Below are positions 21,833-32,000 of a DNA stretch of 32,000 nucleotides, piece after piece (within the stretch, counting starts at the first letter, position 1; each line of letters starts with the position of its first letter). The position numbers and the translations under genes were made by a program. The notes below the pieces were generated by a model. It saw only the letters and a program-made list of their open reading frames with translations. It had not been told where the DNA came from and did no database searches. Source of the DNA: Candidatus Nanosynbacter lyticus (GTDB taxonomy: Bacteria; Patescibacteriota; Saccharimonadia; Saccharimonadales; Saccharimonadaceae); NCBI RefSeq assembly GCF_000803625.1, contig NZ_CP007496.1, positions 90,001 through 122,000 of the forward strand, in the 5' to 3' direction.

Positions 21833-23437
21833 CTATAGTGTTCCCGCGGACATATCTCGCCGTACTATTCTAACTTCTTTGTTTAATTGACGTGACCGGG
21901 CGTAGAAGAACACTACTACGGCTGAGACAATTCCGGCAAATAGCATATTTTCACTAGCACCAGTTTTTGGCAGCTGAGAAGTTGTTTGCTCGATAACTTT
22001 TGGCGCAGGGCAATCTACCTTCGTGCTGACGGTGTTGCCGAAGGTGTTGTCAATTCGACAATCATAAGATGTTGGGTTGCTTTTGCCTCTAGCCATGGCT
22101 GGTATGTTGCTTTTTATTTGGATAGTAAAGCTGCGCTGTTGGGTTTCACCAGGTTTAATCTTAACAGGGTTCCATACTAGAGTTTTTGCATTACCGCTAC
22201 CAGTGCTGGCGCCTTTATCGTCTGTTAGGCTGCCACCACCGGGATCGAATATATCGGCATATTCCAGTAAATCGCTAACTTGATCTTTAAAAACAAACTC
22301 CTCTTCTTTTAGGCCTTTGTTCTTTACTGATAGGGTGTAGGTAATACGATCTCCAGATTTAGCAACTGTTGTTGTTGCGTTGGCATTATTCTGGGTAAGA
22401 TTGGTTGCAGTTTTTGTTTGAACAAATGAAGCTGAGCATCGGCTATCGTTAATCCATATTGTAGAGTCACCGGGACATGGTTGGCATTGAGGATCGTCTT
22501 TCAGTAGTTTAGGATTTTGTGGACACCTTTCTGGCTCTGGTATAGTGAATGTCTTCACGCAGGCATCTGAAGTTTTGTCTCCCAGTGAGCTTTTAACGGT
22601 TAGAACTACTTTATAGGAGCCAGGAGTTTTTTCGGTATAGGTGACGATTTTATCATTACTGGTGATAGTTTTTATCAGCGTGTTATTTCGATATATATTA
22701 TATATATACTGTTGAATAGTTGCGCCATTGGCTGCACTTGCATCAGCAGTTAACTGATAGGCGTCACCATTCTTTTTTATATCTAGAGCGTTACAGGTTG
22801 CTACTGGCTTTGGTGGAGTTGAACAGTTTGGGTATGTTCCAACTTGTCCGGTTGGGCAGTGGTGGTTAGGTGGTGCAAATTTTAAGATTAGGTTACCACA
22901 GTTTAGCATAATTGCAAACCAGCCGGTCCCAGCTGAATAGCCGACGAATGCCCTATAGGTAAAATTCCCCCATAGGTTGTGTGGTCGATAGTAAAAAGTT
23001 CGAGCGCCGCCTTGTGAGGTGCGAACAACGTAAGATCCTTCGCCTCTTGAGGCGCCAAAATGAGGAGTGAGGCCCCATGAATAAGTCCCCATATTGCTAT
23101 TTAAGGTCTGTAAGTTTCCTGTGGCGGCTTCTAGGTCGGAGCGACTAATCCCTAGATGGTTATAGAGATCGTGGATATTGTTAGTGTTAGCATCATAGTG
23201 GGCTAATAATTGGGAGCCGCTGGAGATTCCGCCATAAATCAGGTCGCTAGAATCTGCGGCATTGGCGGATTCTGGCGGAGAGAATATTGTAAAAGACTGC
23301 ACGATAAGGGCTAGGGCGGTCAAAATAAGTCCGATTTTTCGTGTAGCTTCCTCTTTACGAAGGCGTTTTGCGTAAAAGCCCAGACTGTGAATCATTGAAG
23401 GGCTGTACGGTAGGCGCGAGATAATTTTTTTGAACAT
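21833..23437 (-). CDS. LPXTG cell-wall-anchored surface protein (adhesin-like; PKD/DUF11-like Ig-fold repeats)
   Basis: 534 aa. N-terminal signal/anchor ...ALIVQSFTIFSPPESANA. C-terminal sorting signal LPKTG, a hydrophobic stretch, then RSRQLNK. Cys-rich linkers. YKVVLTVKSSLGDKTSDACVKTFTI (PKD-like) and DRITYTLSVKNKG (DUF11-like). Confidence 0.75.
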   Translation of the reverse strand: MFKKIISRLPYSPSMIHSLGFYAKRLRKEEATRKIGLILTALALIVQSFTIFSPPESANAADSSDLIYGGISSGSQLLAHYDANTNNIHDLYNHLGISRSDLEAATGNLQTLNSNMGTYSWGLTPHFGASRGEGSYVVRTSQGGARTFYYRPHNLWGNFTYRAFVGYSAGTGWFAIMLNCGNLILKFAPPNHHCPTGQVGTYPNCSTPPKPVATCNALDIKKNGDAYQLTADASAANGATIQQYIYNIYRNNTLIKTITSNDKIVTYTEKTPGSYKVVLTVKSSLGDKTSDACVKTFTIPEPERCPQNPKLLKDDPQCQPCPGDSTIWINDSRCSASFVQTKTATNLTQNNANATTTVAKSGDRITYTLSVKNKGLKEEEFVFKDQVSDLLEYADIFDPGGGSLTDDKGASTGSGNAKTLVWNPVKIKPGETQQRSFTIQIKSNIPAMARGKSNPTSYDCRIDNTFGNTVSTKVDCPAPKVIEQTTSQLPKTGASENMLFAGIVSAVVVFFYARSRQLNKEVRIVRRDMSAGTL

Positions 23438-23584
23438 TTTGACCTCTTTTGTTTTTATTATAGAACTTTAATTCAACTTTAGCATAAGCATACTAGAAAA
23501 GTAAATAGTTTGATAATGTATCTATTTTTATGTATAATAAATGTGTTGAAAAGAGCTGATAATTCAGATAATAGTGAGGGAGAT

Positions 23585-25573
23585 ATGGCTAAACAAACAA
23601 ATGAACAATCTTATGATGGCTCGCAAATTCAGGTCCTGGAAGGGCTTGAGCCGGTTCGCAAGCGTCCAGGTATGTACATCGGTAGCACTGGCTATGATGG
23701 TGTGCATCACTTAATTAAGGAAATTGCCGATAACTCTATTGACGAAGCAATAGCTGGCTACGCTACAAAAGTTGAAGTGACGCTGCTGGAAGATGGTGGG
23801 GTGCGTATTTCTGATGACGGACGCGGAATCCCTGTTGATAAGCACCCAAAGACAGGTAAAAGTACCCTGGAGACAGTTTTAACTATATTGCACGCTGGTG
23901 GTAAGTTTGGCGGCGGCGGCTACAAGGTTTCATCTGGTCTTCATGGTGTTGGTTCGAGTGTCGTGAATGCGTTGTCTACGCGAATGATTGCCGAGGTTCG
24001 GAAAAATGGTAAAGTCTATCGTCAGGAATATGCGACTGGCGTGCCACAAACTGATTTAGATGTTGTTGGTAAGTCTGATAACTCTGGAACCACCATTACG
24101 TTTTATCCAGACCCAACTATTTTTAAAGAGACTGTTAGCTTTGATTATAAATGGGTTGTTAATTATCTTCGACACCAGGCTTATCTAACGAAGGGCGTTT
24201 ACACGTCAGTTGTTGACGAGCGAACTGGTGAGAGAAAAGCTTTCTACTTCGAGGGTGGCATTAAGAGTTATGTGAAGAACTTGAATATCGGTAAAGAAGT
24301 CTTGTCGGAAGATATATTTTATGTTGAGAAGCAGGTTGAGGATTGTATGGTGGAGATCGCTGTACAGTATAACGATACTTATGTTGAGGTGGTAAAGCCA
24401 TTTGCTAATAACGTGCTTACTCCTGACGGCGGTACTCATTTGGTCGGTTTTCGAGCAGCCCTAACGCGAGTTATTAACGACTACGCCCGTAAAAATAACC
24501 TACTTAAAGAAAAAGAGGATAACTTAACTGGTGATGATATTCGTGAAGGTCTGACGGCAGTAATATTAGTGAAGTTGCCTGATCCGCAGTTTGAGGGGCA
24601 GACAAAGAATAAGCTTGGTAATCCTGAGATGCGTCGCTATGTAGATCAGGTAATGAGCGAGTATTTTGCGTACTACTTAGAGGAGAATCCAGCTACGGCC
24701 AAGAAAGTGGTCGGGAAGGCGACTTTGGCGGCGCGAGCACGCAAGGCGGCCCGTGCAGCCCGCGATAATGTTATCCGTAAGGGTGCGTTTGAGGGTCTGA
24801 ATTTACCTTCTAAATTAACTGACTGTTCGTCGCGTAATCGAAAAGATTGTGAATTATTTATTGTTGAGGGTAACTCGGCGGCTGGTTCGGCTAAAGACGG
24901 TCGTGATTCAACTATTCAAGCCATCCTTCCTCTGCGTGGTAAGGTATTGAACACTGAGCGAGCAAGGTTTGATAAGATGTTTGCTAATGCTGAGATTGTT
25001 TCATTAATTAAGGCTATGGGTGTTGGTATTGGTGACCAGTTTGATATTAGCGGTATCCGTTACGATAAGATAATCTTTATGACGGATGCTGACGTTGACG
25101 GCGCTCACATCTCAACTCTTCTTATGACCTTTTTCTTCCGCTATATGTCTGAGGTTATTGAGGCGGGGCATGTGTACTTGGCGAAGCCACCTCTGTTTGG
25201 TCTAAGTAAGGGGACTGGCAGTAATCGTAAAATAGATTATGTTTATGATGAGGCAGCTCTCGAAGAAAAATTGACAGAAAAGATTAATGAGCGTAAGGCG
25301 GCTGGTGTAAAAATTGATGAGAACGCTGAGAGGTTCAAACAGGCTGGCTATACCGCCCAGCAACGATTTAAGGGTCTTGGCGAGATGGACGCGTCTCAGC
25401 TATGGGAGACGACCATGAATCCAGAGAATCGAACTTTGGTGAAGGTGAATATCGAGGACGCAGAGCGGGCGGACGCTATATTCACGAAGCTGATGGGCGA
25501 CAGTGTAGAATTGAGGAAAAATTTTATTCAAACAAATGCCGCTAAGGTTAATGTGGAAGATTTGGACTTTTAA
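23585..25573 (+). CDS. gyrB: DNA gyrase subunit B
   Basis: YDGSQIQVLEGLEPVRKRPGMYIGS, GGKFGGGGYKVSGGLHGVG-type, and EGNSAGGSAK and PLRGKVLN Toprim motifs. The start is set at the Met 25 codons into the track ORF, with a GAGGGAG SD. Confidence 0.95.
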   Translation: MAKQTNEQSYDGSQIQVLEGLEPVRKRPGMYIGSTGYDGVHHLIKEIADNSIDEAIAGYATKVEVTLLEDGGVRISDDGRGIPVDKHPKTGKSTLETVLTILHAGGKFGGGGYKVSSGLHGVGSSVVNALSTRMIAEVRKNGKVYRQEYATGVPQTDLDVVGKSDNSGTTITFYPDPTIFKETVSFDYKWVVNYLRHQAYLTKGVYTSVVDERTGERKAFYFEGGIKSYVKNLNIGKEVLSEDIFYVEKQVEDCMVEIAVQYNDTYVEVVKPFANNVLTPDGGTHLVGFRAALTRVINDYARKNNLLKEKEDNLTGDDIREGLTAVILVKLPDPQFEGQTKNKLGNPEMRRYVDQVMSEYFAYYLEENPATAKKVVGKATLAARARKAARAARDNVIRKGAFEGLNLPSKLTDCSSRNRKDCELFIVEGNSAAGSAKDGRDSTIQAILPLRGKVLNTERARFDKMFANAEIVSLIKAMGVGIGDQFDISGIRYDKIIFMTDADVDGAHISTLLMTFFFRYMSEVIEAGHVYLAKPPLFGLSKGTGSNRKIDYVYDEAALEEKLTEKINERKAAGVKIDENAERFKQAGYTAQQRFKGLGEMDASQLWETTMNPENRTLVKVNIEDAERADAIFTKLMGDSVELRKNFIQTNAAKVNVEDLDF

Positions 25574-25582
25574 GGAGGAGAT

Positions 25583-28081
25583 ATGGCGGATAACGATAAT
25601 AAAAATATAGTAGAACCAGAAATTCTGAACGAAGAACCAGAAATTCGCGGTATTGAGAAGTCGACAGTTGAAAGTGTCATGGAGGACTCCTTCTTAAAGT
25701 ACTCCATGTCGGTTATTATTGACCGAGCTTTGCCTGATGTGCGTGATGGTCTGAAGCCTGTGAATCGTCGTATTTTATACGCAATGAATAAAAATGGTTG
25801 GCGCGCTCCTCATGCTACCGTTAAATCGGCGAAGATAGTCGGTGAAGTTATGGGTAATTATCATCCGCACGGTGATTCCTCGATTTATGACGCTATGGTG
25901 AACTTGGCTCAGCCATGGAAAATGCGCTATACGCTGGTTGAAGGTCAGGGTAACTTTGGTTCTATGGACGGAGATGAGCCGGCGGCTTCTCGTTATACTG
26001 AAGCACGAATGGATAAGGTTGGTGGTGAACTGCTGGCTGATATTGATAAAGAGACGGTTGATTTTCGTGATAACTTTGACGGAACGGAGAAGGAGCCGGT
26101 GGTTTTGCCGTCTGCTGTGCCGAATATTCTGCTGAATGGACAGATGGGTATTGCTGTCGGTATGGCGACAAATATTCCACCGCACAACCTCGGTGAGGTC
26201 GTTGATGCTACGGTGGCGCAGATAGATAATCCTGAGATTACGCTTGACGAACTCCTAACTCATATTAAAGGTCCTGATTTTCCAACGGGTGCAGAGGTTT
26301 ATGGTGGTGCGCCAATGCGACAGGCCTATGAGACTGGGCGCGGATCGGTAACGATTAGGGCGGTTGCGACTATCGAAGAGCGTAAAAACGGTCGCTACAG
26401 TATTATTATCACCGAAGTGCCTTATGGTATGAGTAAGGAGGGGTTTGTTGATAAGGTCCGGGAATTGGTTTTGGCAAAGAAAATAACCCACATCGCTGAT
26501 GCTCGAGACGAAAGTGCCCGTGGTAAGGTTAGGGTTGTTGTTGAGTTAAAGAAGGATGCTTATCCAAAGAAGATTCTTAACCAGCTATATAAATTAACTG
26601 GGCTACAAACATCATTCCATTATAACGTCTTGGCCTTGGTTAATGGTATCCAGCCAAAGGTGATGGGTCTAAAAGAGATTTTGGCGGAGTTTATTAAGCA
26701 CCGTCAAGGGGTTATTCGTCGTAGGACTGAGTTTGAACTTCGCAAGGCTAAGGAACGAGCTCATATTCTTGAAGGTCTGAAGATCGCGCTTGATCATATT
26801 GATGAGGTTATTAAGACAATTCGTGAAAGCTATGACGATGCTGATAAGCGTTTGATGGAGCGATTTGGACTCTCTGAGATACAGGCGGCAGCAATCTTGG
26901 CAATGCAGCTACGACGATTGCAGGGTCTGGAGCGCGATAAAATTGAAGATGAATTGAAGCAGCTTCATGAATTGATTAAGAAATTGGAAGCAATTTTGGC
27001 AAGTGAACAGGAAATCCTCAATGTGGTGAAAGCTGAGCTGTTAGCTATGAAAGACAAATATGGTGATGAGCGGCGCAGTAAAATTATCAATCATGAGTTA
27101 GGTAAGTTCTCTGACGAGGAGCTGATTCCAGAAGAGGAGTCGGTTATTTTGCTGACTAGCGAGAATTATATTAAGCGAACATTGGTTAGCGACTATCGTA
27201 GGCAGAATCGTGGCGGTAAGGGCAAGCGTGGCATGACAACCAAGGAAGAGGATGTTATCGACCAGGTGGTTCAGGCAAGTACTCATGACTATCTACTGTT
27301 CTTCACTAATATGGGTAGAATTTTCCGATTGAAGGCTTACGAGGTTCCGGCCGCCAGTTTGAGCGCTAAGGGTGTTGCTGCGGTAAACCTCTTGCAACTT
27401 CAGCCAGAAGAGAAAATAACGGCAATCATCAAGCATGAAAAGAACGCTAACGATGATGGCTATCTCTTCATGGCCACGCAGAAAGGTACAGTAAAGAAAA
27501 CTCCTGTGAAAGATTATGCTAATGTTCGTACAAACGGATTAATTGCCATTAAGCTTGATGAGGGCGATGAACTTCGCTGGATAAAGAGAACGAGTGGCGA
27601 TAATGACGTAATCATATCTACGTCTGCAGGACAGGCTATCCGCTTTAATGAAAAAGATACGCGGCCAATGGGACGATCAGCGCGTGGCGTTCGTGGTGTG
27701 AGACTGCGTCCAAATGACTCTGTTGTCGGTATGGATATTGTTACTGGCGATGATCAGACTTTACTGGTTGTTAGTGAGAAGGGATTTGGTAAGCGTACGA
27801 AAGTCTCCAATTTCCCAAGTCATAAACGTGGCGGAGTTGGTATAAAGGCTGCGGTGGTAACTGCCAAGACTGGTCCAATAATTTCTGTTCAGACGATTGA
27901 TCCAGAGGTGACTGAGGCGTTGTTGGTCTCTCAGAATGGTCAGACGATTCGTTTGAGTCTGAGCGACATCAAGCTACTTGGCAGGACTACTCAGGGGGTG
28001 ACAATTATGCGCTTTTCTGATGGTGATGCTGTATCGTCGATTGGTTTAATGGCGGATCGTCCGCAGGATGAAGGCAAGTAG
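25583..28081 (+). CDS. gyrA: DNA gyrase subunit A
   Basis: DGLKPVNRRILYAM, HPHGDSSIYDAMV and the active-site AASRYTEARM. C-terminal beta-pinwheel repeats. GGAGGAG SD. Confidence 0.95.
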   Translation: MADNDNKNIVEPEILNEEPEIRGIEKSTVESVMEDSFLKYSMSVIIDRALPDVRDGLKPVNRRILYAMNKNGWRAPHATVKSAKIVGEVMGNYHPHGDSSIYDAMVNLAQPWKMRYTLVEGQGNFGSMDGDEPAASRYTEARMDKVGGELLADIDKETVDFRDNFDGTEKEPVVLPSAVPNILLNGQMGIAVGMATNIPPHNLGEVVDATVAQIDNPEITLDELLTHIKGPDFPTGAEVYGGAPMRQAYETGRGSVTIRAVATIEERKNGRYSIIITEVPYGMSKEGFVDKVRELVLAKKITHIADARDESARGKVRVVVELKKDAYPKKILNQLYKLTGLQTSFHYNVLALVNGIQPKVMGLKEILAEFIKHRQGVIRRRTEFELRKAKERAHILEGLKIALDHIDEVIKTIRESYDDADKRLMERFGLSEIQAAAILAMQLRRLQGLERDKIEDELKQLHELIKKLEAILASEQEILNVVKAELLAMKDKYGDERRSKIINHELGKFSDEELIPEEESVILLTSENYIKRTLVSDYRRQNRGGKGKRGMTTKEEDVIDQVVQASTHDYLLFFTNMGRIFRLKAYEVPAASLSAKGVAAVNLLQLQPEEKITAIIKHEKNANDDGYLFMATQKGTVKKTPVKDYANVRTNGLIAIKLDEGDELRWIKRTSGDNDVIISTSAGQAIRFNEKDTRPMGRSARGVRGVRLRPNDSVVGMDIVTGDDQTLLVVSEKGFGKRTKVSNFPSHKRGGVGIKAAVVTAKTGPIISVQTIDPEVTEALLVSQNGQTIRLSLSDIKLLGRTTQGVTIMRFSDGDAVSSIGLMADRPQDEGK

Positions 28082-28083
28082 TA

Positions 28084-28515
28084 ATGAAAGTTCTGGTAGT
28101 CCCAGTAATCGCGTGGGTGATATCTCAGGGATTGAAGCAGGTCTTTCACCTTATGGGGCGTAATCGTCGAGTATTTAGCGGCGATACCAATCCGAAGATA
28201 CTGCTGTCTGGTGGTATGCCGAGTGCGCATAGTGCGATTGTTGTGTCGATGGCGGTGTTCTTGGGGTTGCAGGATGGGTTGAATAGTTCAGTTTTTGGGT
28301 TGTCTGTTTGGTTGTCTATTATTGTAATGTATGATGCCATGATGGTCCGGTATTCGTCGGGTATGCAGGGAGAAGCGTTGAATAGGTTAATTGTGGAGCA
28401 GGGTAGCAAGCTAAAAAAACTGCGTGTCGCTCATGGTCATACTCCTGTAGAAGTGCTTGCTGGAGCACTCATAGGCGCCGTTGTAGCTATTGTTGTATTT
28501 TTCGCAACAAAATAA
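28084..28515 (+). CDS. divergent PAP2 family (DUF212, acid phosphatase/vanadium haloperoxidase-related) membrane protein
   Basis: 143 aa. SGGMPSAHSA and GHTPVEVLAGALIG motifs are typical of PF02681. Confidence 0.8.
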   Translation: MKVLVVPVIAWVISQGLKQVFHLMGRNRRVFSGDTNPKILLSGGMPSAHSAIVVSMAVFLGLQDGLNSSVFGLSVWLSIIVMYDAMMVRYSSGMQGEALNRLIVEQGSKLKKLRVAHGHTPVEVLAGALIGAVVAIVVFFATK

Positions 28516-28528
28516 TTAATAAAACCTA

Positions 28529-28557
28529 TTGACCTATCTAATTAGATAAGGTAAGAT
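28529..28557 (+). promoter_or_regulatory. 16S rRNA promoter TTGACC-17-TAAGAT with a palindromic spacer
   Basis: -35 at 28529-28534 and -10 at 28552-28557. The spacer holds the perfect 14-bp palindrome TATCTAATTAGATA. A boxA-like CCTTAACAA lies at about 28651. Confidence 0.55.
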
Positions 28558-28654
28558 TGGTATTAAGTCTGGTTGCTGGAGTGCGAGTTAAGCAACGTTT
28601 TACAATCTGTAAAGTGGAGTAATTGATACTTCAGGCCGGCTTAAAATGAACCTT

Positions 28655-28683
28655 AACAATTTGATTGTGCAATATCATCGTCA
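28655..28683 (+). other. 5' strand of the 16S precursor processing stem
   Basis: AACAATTTGATTGTGCAAT...ATCATCG is complementary to 30342-30370 (CGATTGATGAATTGCACAATCAAGTTGTT). This has the geometry of an RNase III processing helix. Confidence 0.7.
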
Positions 28684-28729
28684 GTTTATATTTTTGTAGA
28701 GCCTTAATACTTTGATACAAAGTAGATTT

Positions 28730-30205
<1,476 letters not shown>

Positions 30206-30341
30206 CTAGGGAGAATAGATGCCAATTTGTCGAGCAATCACAAATTGAGCTAGGTCGGTCTCGTAAATATGCTGAGCTTACATATTTACAACAGTCCTCT
30301 CGAGGACGAGACAAAGTTCAAAAACCTTCTCTACGATAAGC

Positions 30342-30370
30342 CGATTGATGAATTGCACAATCAAGTTGTT
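30342..30370 (+). other. 3' strand of the 16S precursor processing stem
   Basis: Reverse complement of 28655-28683, apart from one mismatch and one bulge. Confidence 0.7.
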
Positions 30371-30378
30371 AAACTAGA

Positions 30379-30404
30379 AAAGTCCCTTCGTGAGGGGCTT
30401 TTTT
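30379..30404 (+). terminator. intrinsic terminator after the 16S gene (AAAGTCCCT-TCGTG-AGGGGCTTT + T run)
   Basis: 9-bp stem including one G-U, followed by TTTTTT. Confidence 0.7.
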
Positions 30405-30493
30405 ATATAATATGGGCGTATTGCTATTTTTACAGCTACACTAATAGAAAAGTGACCAAGCAAACCTAGTCACTTAAAAGGCGCACGGTCTTA

Positions 30494-30733
30494 CTAGAGT
30501 CCGCCGCCAAAGAGCGAATTTAGCAGCCAGTTCAGTGGTATGGTATGTAGGCTGAGCATGATGGCAAATCCCACCCCGCAGGTTATGAGTCCCCAGAATT
30601 TGAAGCGCTCGTAACTGCTGATGCCGCCTCCTAGGTTGTCAGCTAATTTCTGATGAAAAATGACGACTAATCCGCCAGCTGTCATAATTAAAATTCCAAA
30701 AAATAATGCGCCAAAACTAAATTGATACAACAT
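30494..30733 (-). CDS. small membrane protein (79 aa, 2-3 TM helices), unknown function
   Basis: Hydrophobic helices throughout. TATAAT on the minus strand (30742-30747) lies 8 nt before the ATG. Sits between the 16S gene and the tRNA cluster. Confidence 0.55.
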   Translation of the reverse strand: MLYQFSFGALFFGILIMTAGGLVVIFHQKLADNLGGGISSYERFKFWGLITCGVGFAIMLSLHTIPLNWLLNSLFGGGL

Positions 30734-30750
30734 ATTATTTAATTATACAC

Positions 30751-30779
30751 TTGTCATAATTAAAAAGATACTGTACAAT
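30751..30779 (+). promoter_or_regulatory. promoter TTGTCA-17-TACAAT for the tRNA Ala-Ile-Val cluster
   Basis: -35 at 30751-30756 and -10 at 30774-30779. tRNA-Ala starts at 30797. Confidence 0.6.
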
Positions 30780-30796
30780 TAAAAAGTCTTGGCAAT

Positions 30797-30873
30797 GGGG
30801 ACATAGCTCAGTTGGCTAGAGCACCTGCTTTGCAAGCAGGGGGTCCAGGGTTCGAGTCCCTGTGTCTCCACCA
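30797..30873 (+). tRNA. tRNA-Ala (anticodon UGC), CCA encoded
   Basis: Acceptor GGGGACA/TGTCTCC with G3-U70. Anticodon loop TTTGCAA. T loop TTCGAGT. Confidence 0.9.
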
Positions 30874-30924
30874 TATGGGGTGAAGTAGGCTTACGTCTAC
30901 GACACTCCACCAAGACTGCAATGA

Positions 30925-31001
30925 GGGCGATTAGCTCAGCTGGTTAGAGCGCGTCACTGATAATGACGAGGTCGGAGGTTCAAGTCCCTCATCGCCCACC
31001 A
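30925..31001 (+). tRNA. tRNA-Ile (anticodon GAU), CCA encoded
   Basis: Acceptor GGGCGAT/ATCGCCC. Anticodon arm CGTCA-CTGATAA-TGACG. Confidence 0.9.
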
Positions 31002-31023
31002 TTTATGATCTTTTTGATCGTAC

Positions 31024-31100
31024 GGGCGCTTAGCTCAGTTGGCTAGAGCATCTCGTTTACACCGAGAGGGTCGGGGGTTCGAGTCCCTCAGCGCCCACCA
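31024..31100 (+). tRNA. tRNA-Val (anticodon UAC), CCA encoded
   Basis: Acceptor GGGCGCT/AGCGCCC. Anticodon arm TCTCG-TTTACAC-CGAGA. Confidence 0.9.
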
Positions 31101-31161
31101 AGTATTTCTCACCAATGTGGTGAGTTTTCTTTTTTTAGTGCGTTTAAGTATAATAAAGGTT

Positions 31162-32000
31162 ATGTATAAGTGTTTTATTAAGCCTGTTCTTTTTTTATTG
31201 TCTCCCGATGCAACTCACAAGCTAATTATTTTCTGCGGGCGTGTAGCTCAATCTTTGCCGCCTACTAGGTGGTTCATTCGTAAAATGTGGAGTTTTCAAG
31301 ACAAGTCCCTTCAGCAGGAAATAGACGGTGTTAATTTCTGTAATCCAATTGGACTTTCTGCTGGATTTGATAAGAATATTCAATTATCGCCACTGATGGA
31401 GGATGTCGGCTTTGGTTTTGCCTCGGGTGGGTCAGTGACATTAGAGCCAAGAAAGGGTAATCTAAGGCCGTGGTTTCACCGTTTGCCTAAGACAAAGTCC
31501 GTAGTGGTGTATGCCGGCATGCCAAATTATGGATTAGAAAAGATAAGTAATTACGTCAAAGCTAATCAGACTAAGATCCAGTCAATGCCGACAGTTATCT
31601 CGGTGGCGGTCATTGCCAATAAATCTACTAAGGACAAGCTTGGGCCAAAAGTTCCAGAAGAATATATAGTTAAGGACATAAAAAAGGCAGTAAATTATAT
31701 TATAGATAATAACTTGGCAAGTATTGTGGAAATTAATATATCTTGTCCAAATGCCGGCAAGGAGCCGTTTATCTACCCAGAAAGTTTAGAGATTCTGCTA
31801 AAAGAGATTGATACTATAGATAGAAATATTCCTTTTTGGATAAAAATGCCACACCTATATGACATTAATCAATTTGATTCGCTCCTAAAAGTTATTGTGA
31901 AGCATAATATTCAAGGTGTGACAGTGGCCAATTTAGTAAAAGATCGTACAAAAGTGGAAATAAAAGATCCGTTGACCGATGAAATCCGTGGTGGTTTGAG
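31162..32000 (+). CDS. pyrD: dihydroorotate dehydrogenase, class 2 (quinone-type) like, 3' end beyond window
   Basis: Absent from the ORF track because it has no stop inside the window. The translation MYKCFIKPVLFLLSPDATHKL...NPIGLSAGFDKN...GGSVTLEPRKGNLRPWFHRL...EINISCPNAG...DEIRGGL carries PyrD motifs. TATAAT at 31149-31154 lies 7 nt before the ATG. Confidence 0.8.
   Translation, partial: MYKCFIKPVLFLLSPDATHKLIIFCGRVAQSLPPTRWFIRKMWSFQDKSLQQEIDGVNFCNPIGLSAGFDKNIQLSPLMEDVGFGFASGGSVTLEPRKGNLRPWFHRLPKTKSVVVYAGMPNYGLEKISNYVKANQTKIQSMPTVISVAVIANKSTKDKLGPKVPEEYIVKDIKKAVNYIIDNNLASIVEINISCPNAGKEPFIYPESLEILLKEIDTIDRNIPFWIKMPHLYDINQFDSLLKVIVKHNIQGVTVANLVKDRTKVEIKDPLTDEIRGGL

Noticed and set aside
23510-23584. 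25-codon N-terminal extension of gyrB in the track (MIMYLFLCIINVL...)
   Set aside because: GyrB homology begins at MAKQTNEQSYDGSQIQVLEG, preceded by a GAGGGAG SD. The extension covers the AT-rich promoter region.
30269-30469. 66-aa plus-strand ORF just after the 16S gene
   Set aside because: It spans the 3' strand of the 16S processing stem and the intrinsic terminator. It has no SD or promoter, and the region is better explained as rRNA trailer.

Overview
This window is a gene-dense, moderately AT-rich chromosomal segment that looks like an ultra-small CPR bacterium, most likely Saccharibacteria (TM7). The assignment rests on the 16S rRNA gene, which carries the 911/912 AU signature and a GGTCATAC 530 loop, and on a Gram-positive-type LPXTG surface protein. 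Most of the content is housekeeping: xer recombinase, ndk, thrS, miaA, rpmB, infC-rpmI-rplT, yifB/comM, gyrB-gyrA, nrdR, a processive-type GT2 synthase, an M50 protease and a 3'-partial pyrD. It is unusually rich in stable RNA genes: six tRNAs, RNase P RNA, tmRNA and a 16S gene that has its own promoter, processing stem and terminator and no 23S behind it. The least ordinary part is 16.2-23.4 kb. It starts with a 1.3 kb ORF-free, AT-rich island holding a promoter-plus-terminator small-RNA candidate, an A9G7 homopolymer next to a -10 box, and a consensus promoter driving a GC-rich multi-helix RNA element. That island leads into a module of a 4-TM protein, an acidic protein and a 949-aa membrane-anchored VirD4/TraD-type P-loop ATPase, with no relaxase or other T4SS parts. 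The module converges on an operon for an LPXTG-anchored adhesin-like protein. Other points are a rod-shaped roughly 150-nt RNA candidate just upstream of rnpB, an untracked 47-aa ORF with a perfect promoter and terminator, and -10 boxes 6-9 nt upstream of start codons at about ten genes, implying leaderless mRNAs. Two CDSs also start 4-5 nt after an encoded tRNA CCA end. No CRISPR array, transposase or phage gene was seen. All calls come from reading the sequence and from motif memory; no searches or folding programs were run.
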